Shown: positions 1 through 10,895, counted from the first letter of the stretch. The stretch: DNA of 64,000 nt from Candidatus Poribacteria bacterium (GCA_965215265.1 OZ244048.1:4160001-4224000), one strand, 5' to 3'. Made by a program: numbers and translations. Notes: generated by a model from the sequence alone, not told the origin.

Positions 1-1276
1 TAAATCCACGGTCAGCGCGTTGGCATTCTCATCAAACGGGGCAGTACTCGCCAGTAGTGGTCATGGTGAGATTCGTTTGTGGGATATGAAGACTGAAAGC
101 GCACTCCGCACGTGTAATAGAGATACAAATCTCATCCATGAATTGCTGTTTTCCACTGATGGCAAAACGCTGACCAGTGTAGATAAGTATGGGACGCTAC
201 GTTTTTGGGAAACTGCCACTGGAAACTTACAGAACACTTTCATGAGACTTTTGGAAATGCCGGATGTCGCTTCGCTCTCGCCGGACGGCACCACTGTCGC
301 CGCCGGATACGCGGATGGTAGTATTAAATTATGGGATACATCCACGGGACACGAGTTATTCACACGCCTCACAGGGCATATGAGTGCAGTCTCCGTTTTG
401 GCTTTCGCACCAGACGGAGAAACAGTTGTCTGTGGCAGCAGGAATGGCACATTCCGTACCTGGGATGTCGCAACAGGCACGCAAAAACAGGCAAACTCTT
501 TAGGGGACACTGATGCAGAATGGATGTTCTCGGTTTCCGCGGATGGTTCTACACTTGCAGGTGTAATACCCTCTGACTCAGAGGCAGAAGGTCAGTTGTG
601 GCATAAGGCAGCTAGCTGGCAACGTCTATCAATTGCACCGAAACACGAGACAGAGATATCAGGATTAGCGCTCTCTACAGATGGAACACACCTCGCCACC
701 GCCGGGAAAAATGGCACAATTATTGTGTTGGATGCACGCACCGGCGAGAGACTGTTTACGTTCACAGAGCATATTTACCTCGTGGATGCATTGACGTTTT
801 CACCAGACGGAACGTTTCTTGCAAGTGGTGACCCGAGCGGCAAAATTGTACTGTGGGATATGCAGCACGGCAAAATTTTGTTGACACTGATACATCCACA
901 TCATTTTTTCTCTATTTTCGCGATAGCACCGGACCGGAAAACCTTAGCGAGTGTTGGCATGCTTGAAATTAAATTGTGGGATGTCGAAACAGGAAACCTT
1001 ATAGACACCATAAGCACAAATGAAGATAGACTCAGAACTTTGACATTTTCACCCGATGGTAAAACGCTTGTTGGTGGAGGTTTCGGCATCACACTGTGGG
1101 ATGTAGCGAGCGGTAACCGCATAGCTCGGGTAGAAGACCCAGAACTATTGGGAATAATTCAAACATTCGCCTTCTCTCCAGACGGTTCAATATTGGCAAC
1201 GGGGAATCGGAGTGGAATCATTAGTTTGTCTATATGGAACAAAAACGTTGCCGGGGCTCCCTTCATAGATAGATGA
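1..1276 (+). CDS. WD40 repeat protein (5' end outside window)
   Basis: About 9 repeats of the form SxDGxxLAxG...IxLWD; frame is open back to the window edge (KSTVSALAFS from position 2). Confidence 0.9.
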   Translation, partial: KSTVSALAFSSNGAVLASSGHGEIRLWDMKTESALRTCNRDTNLIHELLFSTDGKTLTSVDKYGTLRFWETATGNLQNTFMRLLEMPDVASLSPDGTTVAAGYADGSIKLWDTSTGHELFTRLTGHMSAVSVLAFAPDGETVVCGSRNGTFRTWDVATGTQKQANSLGDTDAEWMFSVSADGSTLAGVIPSDSEAEGQLWHKAASWQRLSIAPKHETEISGLALSTDGTHLATAGKNGTIIVLDARTGERLFTFTEHIYLVDALTFSPDGTFLASGDPSGKIVLWDMQHGKILLTLIHPHHFFSIFAIAPDRKTLASVGMLEIKLWDVETGNLIDTISTNEDRLRTLTFSPDGKTLVGGGFGITLWDVASGNRIARVEDPELLGIIQTFAFSPDGSILATGNRSGIISLSIWNKNVAGAPFIDR

Positions 1277-1330
1277 TGCGAGTCCTTTCGACATACGTCA
1301 TCATCTCATAATTGAGACAATAAAGAGGTA

Positions 1331-1615
1331 TTAATAGATAATACACGCACCCCCAGCACAGACACTCCCAGTTTTCTGTGTCATATCACCCGAAAAATTA
1401 TCCGCCTCACCGGCTTCAAACTCCGATAAAAGTTCTGCTGCTTCATTTGTCGGTTTTGATAAACTCAGCTGCAGCGTATCATTTTGTATGAAACTGACTG
1501 TGCACCCGGAGAATAGCACCGCGATGCACAGCACAGTCATTAAAAAAAGGACGGATGCTCCGGTGCGGAGGGGTCCGTATATTAAGCATGCATATTTGCA
1601 AGCACTGTTTTTCAT
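1331..1615 (-). CDS. small hypothetical membrane/lipoprotein with C-terminal CAGGAC motif
   Basis: Hydrophobic segment ending LFSGC (lipobox-like); starts 3 nt after the DUF362 gene stop on the same strand. Confidence 0.5.
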   Translation of the reverse strand: MKNSACKYACLIYGPLRTGASVLFLMTVLCIAVLFSGCTVSFIQNDTLQLSLSKPTNEAAELLSEFEAGEADNFSGDMTQKTGSVCAGGACIIY

Positions 1616-1618
1616 GAT

Positions 1619-2743
1619 TTAAACCTCAACTGTCTGAAGCTCAACTTCGTCTAGTTTATTGCTGCCTAAGCCAAGTCCGCTTGCAGCATTGATATGGCCA
1701 GCCAATTTAGAGACGGAATTTAAATCCATTTCCTCACGTTTTTGGTTCACAGTCTGAAGGACAAGTACGTCGAGGATCACTGGGTCAGCACTGACAAAGA
1801 GCGTATTAAAACGCCACGTGCTGTCGGCGTGGTAGATTGGCCCGTGGTCGAAGGACGCTACGAGTCCATCAACGATATTTAGGATGAGTTTTTCCTTCAG
1901 TACCTTCTGTTCGAGGATCTCGCCGATGGCAGGATTGCAATAGATAGGCTTGGCGTGGAAGCGCCGGGTGTTATCAACACTCCCGAAGGCTAGATTTTTT
2001 AGACATCCGCTCACCCCAGCTATTGCGTGATGTTTCAACACCGGCACGTTAATCAGCACGTCTACCTCTTGCGTTACAATCCGGGAGTAACGGGAACGGA
2101 TGCTTCCGTTTTCTCTACGTGTAAAACTGTCTTTTTCGGATTCATAAAAGAACGCGTCGTCGTATCCGATGCCCTCGGTATCCGAAGCGATAATTCGTAC
2201 ATCCGCTTCATCTTGTCTTATCGGATAGCCGGCGTTAAGGAGATGTTCTGCAAATCGATCCCAGATAATAACCTGCTTTCTGAGAACGCCCGCACCGTAA
2301 AGCCCTTCAATAATTTTATCCACGATGATAGCATGTGTGCTGAGTTCAGGTCCGCCGAGGGGATTAATTTTGATTCCGACAATATCGTCCGGAAATACGA
2401 TGGCCCGCCACGCTTCTTTGGCGGAATCGCGTCCAGTAAGTTTTATCATCGCCTGATCGAGCAATTCGCCGACAGCCTCTTCATCGAGCCGGTCGTTCAC
2501 CCAAAGTTGTTGACCGATCGCTTCAACAACCGGGGTCGCAGGTTGTACCTCACCGGTCTCATCGGCATGTTGTCCGCTGACTTGCGCGACCGCCGGTAAC
2601 GTGCTGAGGGTAACTGCCCCACCGATCGCCCCAAGCCGATTTAAGAATTGCCGGCGGTTGAAGGTATGAGGCAGCTGCTCCTGCCCTGCCGCTGCTCTAC
2701 TATCAGTGATAATGTCGGCTGTAACCTGATCAAAAACTTTCAT
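1619..2743 (-). CDS. DUF362 family protein with Tat signal
   Basis: NRRQFL twin-arginine motif; VGIKIN, INVPVLKHH..GVSGCLKN, DPV.LD motifs typical of DUF362; GGAG RBS upstream. Confidence 0.8.
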   Translation of the reverse strand: MKVFDQVTADIITDSRAAAGQEQLPHTFNRRQFLNRLGAIGGAVTLSTLPAVAQVSGQHADETGEVQPATPVVEAIGQQLWVNDRLDEEAVGELLDQAMIKLTGRDSAKEAWRAIVFPDDIVGIKINPLGGPELSTHAIIVDKIIEGLYGAGVLRKQVIIWDRFAEHLLNAGYPIRQDEADVRIIASDTEGIGYDDAFFYESEKDSFTRRENGSIRSRYSRIVTQEVDVLINVPVLKHHAIAGVSGCLKNLAFGSVDNTRRFHAKPIYCNPAIGEILEQKVLKEKLILNIVDGLVASFDHGPIYHADSTWRFNTLFVSADPVILDVLVLQTVNQKREEMDLNSVSKLAGHINAASGLGLGSNKLDEVELQTVEV

Positions 2744-2889
2744 CGATTTATTGTCTCCTATAGGAGAAGGCAGCGGGACACTGATATTCAGATTTTGCGT
2801 CCCCCGGTTCGGTTAGCTCGGTTTACGGTGAACATCTTTGCCTTTCGCACTTATATCTTCGTGAATCGCTGCCTACTACTTACAACGTT

Positions 2890-4005
2890 TTAGAGTTTGC
2901 CTAACTCATCAAGAATCTGAGCCGGTTGGATCCTGCCTCCTAATCGAACATCAACGAACTTCCAACCAATTTTCCCATCCTGTGTTAGGATATAGGTAGT
3001 TGGACGCGCAATTCTGTTATTGAATGCATCTACGACGTTATAGTCAGAAATAGTTGTTCGCTTTGCATCAGCGAGGACCGGAAATTTGAGACCGCGGTTT
3101 TGAACCGTCCTTTTGGTGTCGGCTTCGTTATCGGAGCTGATGACGATGAGCTCTGCACCGGCGGCTTGAATCGCATCGTAGTTTTGTTGCAACTCACCGA
3201 GTTGCGCTACACAAAACGGTCACCACCCGCCACGGTAGAATATGAGCACCACCTTTTTCTCTCCGGTGTAATCCGCGAGGGCATGAAGCGTCCCATTGCC
3301 ATCCGGCAGCTCAAACGCCGGAGCGTCACTGCCCAGCCTTAACCCTTCCCCCGGTTCCAACGGTTCTACTTGCGGCAGCGGAGTCAGTTCAATATCCAAT
3401 TCAAACGTCGTAGATACCGGTATCGGTTGCAAAGTGACTTCCTGGTTTTCGTACCCTTCATGCACGATTGTCAACGTAAACGTTTGTTCAACCGGCAGGT
3501 TCTCAAAGGTGAAAACACCCCTACCCGTAGTCAATCCTTGGTAATCTTTTCCGGCTCCATCGGAAAGTTGGAGCTGAACTTCGGCAATCGGCTCTCCTGT
3601 GCCAGCATTAATCAAACGCCCGCGCAGGTGCGAAACAGGCATCTCCAACATTTCAAGCGCGACGCTCTCCAACGAAACGACTTGCCCGGCCACCACAGTA
3701 ACGTTTACCTGTTTTGATTCGTAGCCTTTCGCTGAGAATTGGAGCGTGTAGGCACCCGCTTCAATTGCAGCGAGCTTGTAACTTCCGAACACCTCAGTTT
3801 GCGCGACAACGCTACCTGCTTTTAAAAGACGGACCTGGACAGCCACACCTTCAATTGATTGAACCTCTCCACGGAGTATGCCTGTCGAAGATGTTTGTGG
3901 GGCTTCACTCTCTTTTTCTTCACCAACCGGATTCTCTGTTGTGCTACAATTCAATCCAGCCAACAGAATAATCGCTAAGATAAAGATAGTTTGTATCTGT
4001 TTCAT
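2890..4005 (-). CDS. selenoprotein: lipoprotein with two carboxypeptidase-regulatory-like domains fused to an AhpC/TSA (peroxiredoxin-like) domain, Sec at 3220-3222
   Basis: ORFs 3220..4005 and 2890..3192 are in the same frame, joined by FYRGGW-TGA-PFCVAQLGEL (UxxC where WCPFC is normal); lipobox-like LAGLNC. Confidence 0.85.
3181..3219 (-). promoter_or_regulatory. putative bacterial SECIS element
   Basis: Directly 3' of the TGA: GTTTTGT...GCAACTC-GGT-GAGTTGC-A-ACAAAAC forms a two-part stem with a GGT apical loop. Confidence 0.75.
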
Positions 4006-4040
4006 AATTGATTGATTCCCTTAATTCCGTAAATTTAACT

Positions 4041-4832
4041 TTACAGTCCTAGTTTAATTCGTCCCCAGGCGACTGTGAGTTTATCAATAGGTTCAACCGC
4101 AGCGGCAACTTGGATGCCATTGTTCATGATGGTTGCCATCTCATCTTCATCTAAAGCAACATCAAAAAGAGCGACATCATCAATAATGCCGGCGGTGTAC
4201 CTGTCGTAGTGCCGGCCGATGTGTAGCACACCTTCGCTGGTGCCGTAGCCATCTTTTGTGTTGAAAGCAATTTCGCCTTCCATCTTGCCATCAATCCACA
4301 ACGAAGCCATACCCGTATCTGCATCCGCTCTTCCTACGATAAAATGCCATTTGTCATCGCCGATAAATGTGGTTCCGTCCGCCCGGAAACTGGTTGAAGC
4401 ATTATCGCGTAAGTAGAGGGTTACCTTATTCCGGGATCCGTCATCCCATAGCAGATACCAGGGGAGGGCTTGTGAGGTATCCTCATAATTTTTTCCGACG
4501 AGCGAACCGCCCACTTTGCTACCTTTAAAATGAAGTGTAATCGTAAAGGAGGTCCCCGCCTTAAACCCGACAGTTTGTGAGTGCGGCACCTCAACCCAAT
4601 TATCAACACCGTCAAATTCAAGCGCTTTTCCAAATTTCCCATCTACCCATTTAGCACCATGGATGTCACCATCATTGCCTTGTTCTGAGGAATCCTTAGC
4701 GACATTCCCTTTGCCTTCATCAAAAAGCCACATCCCCATGATATTCTGGCTATCAATCTTCGCAACGCTGTACGGAACGATCAACCAACATAGAGCGATG
4801 AAACTTATAAACCCTATTCGTATTATACGCAT
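4041..4832 (-). CDS. secreted LamG/concanavalin A-like domain protein
   Basis: Signal peptide; WLFDEGKG...GKFGKALEFDG; IDDVALF; C-terminus AVEPIDKLTVAWGRIK. Confidence 0.85.
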   Translation of the reverse strand: MRIIRIGFISFIALCWLIVPYSVAKIDSQNIMGMWLFDEGKGNVAKDSSEQGNDGDIHGAKWVDGKFGKALEFDGVDNWVEVPHSQTVGFKAGTSFTITLHFKGSKVGGSLVGKNYEDTSQALPWYLLWDDGSRNKVTLYLRDNASTSFRADGTTFIGDDKWHFIVGRADADTGMASLWIDGKMEGEIAFNTKDGYGTSEGVLHIGRHYDRYTAGIIDDVALFDVALDEDEMATIMNNGIQVAAAVEPIDKLTVAWGRIKLGL

Positions 4833-5166
4833 GACTTTTTATCCTCCTAAATCGGATTTCGATTTTTTTTGTGACGTATAGAACTCACGCAAAAACTAAA
4901 ACGACTATATCATTAAGTTCGCATCTGTTGCAGCGTAGTAACCACGTTCACTTGGGCATAGAGATATTATATCACATTATGCTACTAAAAAAACATTCTA
5001 TATTATTAGACGATTTTAAGATGTATTCGTTGAAGTGCTAGTGGTTTTCACAGCAGCACGCGCGCCTCTGATTTGTTATTGATGAGAGGACGCTGCTTTT
5101 TCCAGTTGCTCAACATCTGGTTTTACGGTACTTCTTGACTGTTTTCGTCAAAAACGCTATCATTAA

Positions 5167-5475
5167 TTGCCTGAGAAAAAGTGGACGTATCTTGCAGCAA
5201 CCTACGATGGACGCACCATGAAACTCTACTACGACGGTGAAGTGAAGGTTGAAGTCGATGCCAAAGGAAAGATTGATACCAACGATGTACCCGTCTCCAT
5301 CGGCAGAAATAGCGAAGGCAATCGAGAACACTACATCGGCCTCATTGATGACGTGGCTATCTGGAGTGTGGCATTGGATGACGCTGAAGTTAACCAAGCC
5401 ATGGAACGGGTTTTCCCCGTTGAGGCGTTGGATAAACTGTCCATAAGGTGGGGTGACTTAAAAAGTCGCTTTTAA
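5167..5475 (+). pseudogene. 5'-truncated LamG domain gene fragment
   Basis: Only the C-terminal half of a LamG domain (WTYLAATYDG...IDDVAIW) plus PVEALDKLSIRWGDLK tail; no signal peptide or RBS seen. Confidence 0.7.
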
Positions 5476-5519
5476 GGCAGCAAGTCCCTTTTTCAGACTT
5501 ATTTTGTAAATTAATGTAA

Positions 5520-5558
5520 ATGGAGTCGGTTCATTTTATTAAAATGCACCGACTCCAT
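5520..5558. terminator. hairpin between convergent genes
   Basis: ATGGAGTCGGT...ACCGACTCCAT inverted repeat. Confidence 0.6.
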
Positions 5559-5564
5559 CCATTC

Positions 5565-6275
5565 TTATAGTCCGCGGATAGACAGACCAGAAAGCGTCTC
5601 AAAAAGTTCGGAGAACTTATCGATGACGTGTCCATTCCAATTTTCAACATCCGGGCGGTGTACATCGTAGACATCGGTTAAATCGGCCCGTTTCAGGATT
5701 GGGAGCATGCCTGCAGCAGCGGCACCTGTCAATTCTTTGCTACTTCCATCACCAACATAGATGCATTCTTCTGGTTTTACCTTCAGTCGTTCACATGCTG
5801 TCTGATAGATGCCGAATGAAGGTTTCTTGATGCCTTCTACACAAGAATAAACAGCGATATCAATGAATTGTGCCAAGGGCGATTGGGGGAAAAGCGACGG
5901 AACGGCTGAACTACAGTTCGTGATAAGCCCCAGAGACCAACCGCGGCGCTTTAGCTGATCCAACACTTTCAAAACCTCTCGCCCGGGGACCAGTGAAGTC
6001 CGCGTGAATTCATACTTCAGACTGACAGCCCGCTGAATTTGCTTCGTACCGACTTTAACATTTAAACGGCCACATACTTCAACAAGATTATCTTCATCGG
6101 AATTATGGCCCCCTAAATGTCTATCATTGATAGTTTCCCCCATGACTCGCCAAAATTCTGGATACGGAACATTAAAAACCCTTGCCATCTGAACATAGAC
6201 CTGATCAGACGCGTGGCGACTGAAATTTGGAACCAACGTCCCAAACAGATCGAAGATAATGGCTGTATACGGCAT
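5565..6275 (-). CDS. HAD family hydrolase
   Basis: IIFDLFGTL motif I, ITN motif II, KP...YVGD motifs III/IV. Confidence 0.9.
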   Translation of the reverse strand: MPYTAIIFDLFGTLVPNFSRHASDQVYVQMARVFNVPYPEFWRVMGETINDRHLGGHNSDEDNLVEVCGRLNVKVGTKQIQRAVSLKYEFTRTSLVPGREVLKVLDQLKRRGWSLGLITNCSSAVPSLFPQSPLAQFIDIAVYSCVEGIKKPSFGIYQTACERLKVKPEECIYVGDGSSKELTGAAAAGMLPILKRADLTDVYDVHRPDVENWNGHVIDKFSELFETLSGLSIRGL

Positions 6276-6504
6276 TCTCCCTCCAATTATCTACCAAGTG
6301 TCCAAACTGTCGTTATATCCGGAAAATCTGATTTATATAATAGCACATCCAAAATCTCGTATGCAATAGCAATAGAAACGTGGAATAGATTTTTGTTGAA
6401 TGGAAAAGCAAATGACGGTAAAATGAATGCTGTATTTAATAGACCGATTCGCTTTAGGATAAAGGTTGGATATAAGTTGCAACACCGAAGCAGGAGGGAA
6501 AATT

Positions 6505-8178
6505 ATGCCGAAAATGACCGGTGCTCGATTTATTGCTGAAACCGTCCACGGCTATGGAATTACACATGTCTTTTTCATGCCTTATATTGGGCCGAGGGCG
6601 TTAATGGAGATGGAAAAACTGGGGATTAAGCGGGTGCAGACGCATGGCGAGAAGGCTGCCGCGTATATGGCGGATGCTTACGCCCGTGTAAAACGGGGTC
6701 CCAGCCTCTGTATGGCGCAATCCGTGGGTGCCCTTAATCTCGCCGCTGGCTTACAAGATGCGTATCTGGCTTGTTCGCCGGTCATCGCGCTGACCGGCCG
6801 CGAAAACCAACTCAATCAGCAGCGGCACGCTTATCAAGAGGTAGATCACGTCAATCCGTTCTCTGCCGTTACCAAATACAGTGCGTTCGTCGCCACACCG
6901 GAGCAGCTGCCTTTCTATCTCAGACAAGTTTTCCGTTCGGCGATGTCAGGCACACCGGGGCCAGTACATCTCGATCTAGAAGGCATTGCTGGCTCTGCAG
7001 TCATAGACCGTGAGTATGAATTGGAGGTGGTTATTGAATCAGAATTTGCACATCTCCCTCCGTTCCGTCCGGAGGCGGAATCCGAGAAAATAGCAGAAGC
7101 CGTCCGGCTGCTTGTAGCTGCGAAACGTCCTATAATTGTGGCAGGTGGCGGCGTAACGACTTCAGATGCGAGAGCGGAGCTCGTCGCACTTGCAGAAAAA
7201 CTTTCCATACCTGTTGCAACGTCCCTTAACGCGAAAGCGATGTTTCCGAGCGAGCATCCGTTGGCTGTAGGTGTCCCCGGTTCATACTCGCGCGCCTGCG
7301 CCAACCAAGCCGTTTGTGAAGCAGATCTCGTCTTCTTCATCGGGAGCCATACCGGCGGGCAAGTAACCAATGGCTACAAGATTCCACCGCAAGGCACACC
7401 GATTATACAACTGGATATCAACCCAGAGGAACTCGGACGGAATTATCCAATTCAGTTGGGGATGCAGGGGGATGTCCGGAATACACTGCGCAGAATGCTC
7501 GAAAGTGCCGAAACCGGCGCACCGCGTACCGCATGGCTCGCCCGCATACAAAAACTAGTGAAGAATTGGAAAGAGAGCGTACAGGAAAAAGTTAACTCCA
7601 ACGCCCGGCCGATGCTACCTGAACGTCTCTGCCGAGAATTAACAGACTATCTCCCCTCAGACGCAATTCTCGTCTCAGACACAGGACATTCAGGCATCTG
7701 GACAGGCACGATGATTGACTTGAAACATCCCGACCAGACTTACATTCGCTGCTCTGGTTCCTTAGGCTGGGGCGTTCCAGCCGCAATGGGGGCGAAATGC
7801 GCGCAACCCGAACGCCCGGTACTCTGTTTCACAGGCGATGGCGGTATTTGGTATCACATGACAGAATTGGATACCGCCATGAAATGTGGCATTAACGCTG
7901 TCATCCTGGTAAATAATAATCACTCGCTAAATCAGGAACAAGGCGGCGTTGAGTCCGTTTACGGGGGGCGCACCCCTGGCTCTGATGAACTCTGGCTTTT
8001 CCCTGATGCTGACTTCGCCAAAATGGCGGAATCTATGGGGTGTTTCGGAATTACGGTGAATAAACCTACTGAGCTGGCGAGTGCCTTGGACGCGGCATTT
8101 GCAGCAGGGAAACCAGCGGTTGTGGATGTCAAAACGCACGTCGAAGGAATCGCCCCGCAAGCATGGATGCCGGCATGA
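6505..8178 (+). CDS. thiamine pyrophosphate-binding protein (acetolactate synthase-like)
   Basis: HGEKAAAYMADAYAR; GPVHLD; GDGG...NN ThDP motif; RBS GGAGGG before ATG at 6505. Confidence 0.9.
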   Translation: MPKMTGARFIAETVHGYGITHVFFMPYIGPRALMEMEKLGIKRVQTHGEKAAAYMADAYARVKRGPSLCMAQSVGALNLAAGLQDAYLACSPVIALTGRENQLNQQRHAYQEVDHVNPFSAVTKYSAFVATPEQLPFYLRQVFRSAMSGTPGPVHLDLEGIAGSAVIDREYELEVVIESEFAHLPPFRPEAESEKIAEAVRLLVAAKRPIIVAGGGVTTSDARAELVALAEKLSIPVATSLNAKAMFPSEHPLAVGVPGSYSRACANQAVCEADLVFFIGSHTGGQVTNGYKIPPQGTPIIQLDINPEELGRNYPIQLGMQGDVRNTLRRMLESAETGAPRTAWLARIQKLVKNWKESVQEKVNSNARPMLPERLCRELTDYLPSDAILVSDTGHSGIWTGTMIDLKHPDQTYIRCSGSLGWGVPAAMGAKCAQPERPVLCFTGDGGIWYHMTELDTAMKCGINAVILVNNNHSLNQEQGGVESVYGGRTPGSDELWLFPDADFAKMAESMGCFGITVNKPTELASALDAAFAAGKPAVVDVKTHVEGIAPQAWMPA

Positions 8179-8184
8179 ACGCCT

Positions 8185-8275
8185 TCTTGTATATCTCAGC
8201 ACGTTACCCCCTGATGTTTTCCCAAAATCTTTACAAAACTCGCCAGAGATTTTCGATGTTATGATGCTAAACCTC
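8185..8275 (+). repeat. modular palindromic intergenic element, left arm only
   Basis: TCTTGTATATCTCAGCAC...AAAACTCGCCAGAG...GATGTTATGA just after the stop at 8178. Confidence 0.7.
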
Positions 8276-8594
8276 AATTCAGCCAAGATGAACGGGTGAA
8301 CGTCGGAAATCGAGTCGTCGTCATGCTATATCTACGAGCAGCAAAAAGAGCACTATAACAAGAAAACGTCTCCATAGGTGAATGCGAAGCATGACCGGTT
8401 GTTTAGGCGGACGAAAAGCATCTGATGTCAAAATCGTTTTGCATGTGCGTATTTTACGATGCACTGACAACGATTGCAATCTTTTTTCTGGTTGGCAATT
8501 CATCGTTAGCCCGATGAAGAGGTTAGAATATTGATTATAACCAGAATAGTCACTTTGTAAGTAAATAATCACGTTTAAGAGAAGCAGGCCAATG

Positions 8595-8650
8595 ATTTTG
8601 TTTAGAGGTTAACATCACATCAGGCGTTGTGGTGCTGCACTATACGAATA
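8595..8650 (-). repeat. modular palindromic intergenic element, left arm remnant
   Basis: Reverse strand reads TATTCGTATAGTGCAGCAC...TGATGTTAAC, downstream of the minus-strand gene ending at 8704. Confidence 0.55.
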
Positions 8651-8703
8651 GAATTCCTGACAACCTCCCGAGAAGATTTCATGGAACAGAATCATTTGTT
8701 CTC

Positions 8704-9309
8704 TTAACGGCTACGCACGCTAATATCCGCAAACGCTTTTGACGGAAGATAAGTGCCTAAAACCTCTTGAGCCTTCGCCTCTGTGAGTCTTTGTGGCGTA
8801 ACTAACGCACATTTGGAACGCCCGCCTCTCCGCCAAGACATCTCAAAATCTGTATAACTGACCCTACGCTCAGAGAAGTTGTTCGGATTCTGAAGAATGA
8901 TTTCGCTAGCACGGTCATCATAACGCACCACAGGCACAAATTCCGGCTTTCGATTTTTGAATTGAATTATCACGACCGGTGCCCATCCTTTGGCAATAAA
9001 GGCTTTCAGAATATCCAGCGAGCCCCCGGAGACAATAGCGATATTATCCACTTTTCCACGCGTCGTTCCATAGATATCATCAATTCCGCCCCGACCAATA
9101 GGTGGAAACGTTTTGAAGGCATTTCTGAGGTAGGGCATCTTTCGTAAATCAACCATCGCGCTTGGCGGCAAATTCCGTTCCGGCTCCACCGACTCGGGTT
9201 CACTAACTGTGCCGGTTTCCGGAACATACGGAAACTGTCCTGTTTGAGGCGGAGGTCCACAACTTATCACCAACAGCACGAGCACGCACAGAAAAAAAAC
9301 AGACTTCAT
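8704..9309 (-). CDS. hypothetical lipoprotein (possible degenerate peptidase C39-like fold)
   Basis: MKSVFFLCVLVLLVISC lipobox; GWAPVVI...VVRYDD...LQNP...FEMSW; upstream in-frame extension is repeat-derived. Confidence 0.65.
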   Translation of the reverse strand: MKSVFFLCVLVLLVISCGPPPQTGQFPYVPETGTVSEPESVEPERNLPPSAMVDLRKMPYLRNAFKTFPPIGRGGIDDIYGTTRGKVDNIAIVSGGSLDILKAFIAKGWAPVVIIQFKNRKPEFVPVVRYDDRASEIILQNPNNFSERRVSYTDFEMSWRRGGRSKCALVTPQRLTEAKAQEVLGTYLPSKAFADISVRSR

Positions 9310-9321
9310 TTTTTTTACTCC

Positions 9322-9430
9322 TTTTTCGTATATCTCCGTACCGTCAACGTTTATGTCTTGTTTCATCGTGTGTAAATCTCGTCAGAGGTTAACTCGGTAA
9401 TGTCTTTAAAATCATAGACATAAACGGCTC
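9322..9430 (-). repeat. modular palindromic intergenic element, middle plus right arm
   Basis: Reverse strand: GAGCCGTTTATG...GACGAGATTTACACACG...GTACGGAGATATACGAAAA, then AGGAG RBS of the 9309 gene. Confidence 0.85.
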
Positions 9431-9484
9431 CGAACATAGAGGCTCATCTCGGATTCATGCACGAATCCCAGAAAACTTTCACTT

Positions 9485-10507
9485 CTAATCTGAACGCACT
9501 ACTATTTCTCGTCTTTCCTTCCAGGATTGAACAATCGCTTCGGTAATCCGCAAGGCTTGTAATCCATCCCTTCCAGTGGGAACAGGGACACGGTTCCCAA
9601 GCAGATCATCCACCAACGCAGCCATCCGCAGTGCAAACGTCCCATTAAACGCAAGTTGTTCATCACGAAAAATTGAGGGCCGGTATTCTTCTATAATCTG
9701 GTTATCGCGTTTCATCAAGGTTGCACTCGTCAGAACGTTATTAACAACGATTTCACCGTCGGATCCACAGATTTCCAACTGTTCAATTGGATGGATAAAA
9801 TCGCTATCCCAACTCGCTAGAAGTGTAGCTACGGCTTCTGTCTCATAACGGAGAGAGATTGCCATGCTGGTGTAGCAGGCATCTTCACCGGCGCGAACTT
9901 GCTGCTTTCTAGGTTTTGCCATTTGTGCACAAACGCCTACAATTTCGCCGCCAAACCACCGAAGGAGGTCAATTGCATGCGTTTCCAATTCGTAAAGTAG
10001 ATAGTACTCACCCTTCCATGTAGATGCTGGCCCACCTTGTGACAATTTCATATCCAAATAGTAGATTTGTCCAATGGCCCCGGCATCAAACCATTTCCGG
10101 GCTTGAACGTACCCGGGGGCAAAACGTCGGTTGTAGTCTATAGCAAGATGCACGCCCATCGCCTCGGCTTTCGCAACCATTGCCTCGGCTTCGTCAATGT
10201 TAAGGGCCAGCGGCTTTTCTGATATAACATGTTTTCTTGCCTCAAGGCACTCCATTACCGGTTCAAAATGCAGATGGTCTGCCGTGACAACGTCTACTAA
10301 ATCGCATTCTTCATGGGCCAGCATCTCTCTAATGGATGGATACCAATTAGCAATACCGAGTTCTGCCGCGCGGGCCCTCGCTTTGGCAGCATCTATATCG
10401 CAAATAGCCACCAGTTCGGCACCCGGATGCTGCAGATATCCTTGTTGGTGAAGATAACCAATCCCACCGCAACCAACTGCTGCAACTTTCAGTTTTCCTT
10501 TCGTCAT
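9485..10507 (-). CDS. Gfo/Idh/MocA family oxidoreductase
   Basis: VGCGGIG nucleotide-binding motif, EKP motif, HAID; RBS GGAG before ATG 10507. Confidence 0.9.
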   Translation of the reverse strand: MTKGKLKVAAVGCGGIGYLHQQGYLQHPGAELVAICDIDAAKARARAAELGIANWYPSIREMLAHEECDLVDVVTADHLHFEPVMECLEARKHVISEKPLALNIDEAEAMVAKAEAMGVHLAIDYNRRFAPGYVQARKWFDAGAIGQIYYLDMKLSQGGPASTWKGEYYLLYELETHAIDLLRWFGGEIVGVCAQMAKPRKQQVRAGEDACYTSMAISLRYETEAVATLLASWDSDFIHPIEQLEICGSDGEIVVNNVLTSATLMKRDNQIIEEYRPSIFRDEQLAFNGTFALRMAALVDDLLGNRVPVPTGRDGLQALRITEAIVQSWKERREIVVRSD

Positions 10508-10865
10508 GATGTTTGCTCCTTCTATTTTTGCGAGGCATCGGAAACCCCTAAGCGAGATTAACTGATAAAGTGCGCGGAACAACATGCATTGTTCAATTTT
10601 TTGTCGAGGGTAGCGAGAAGGCAGGCGAATTAAAGTAAGACCCCGCCAACGCGAGTGTTCCGGTGGATATCCCATCAGAGACTTTTTGGTCGGTTTTCGC
10701 TACAACCAGACGCATACCCCGGGCAAATACAAAAAAGCAATATGCATTTTCCACCTTTATATTATTATAATAAACTATAGCATGAAAAATAGCAAGAAAT
10801 AACTTTACTCTTAGCCTCTTTACTTTTTGTTAGGAAAATGTGATATCCGGTACTTGAAAAAAGAC

Positions 10866-10895
10866 TTGACATTCCTCAGAATCCGTATGTATAAT
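10866..10895 (+). promoter_or_regulatory. sigma70-type promoter for cysC operon
   Basis: TTGACA-N18-TATAAT. Confidence 0.65.
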
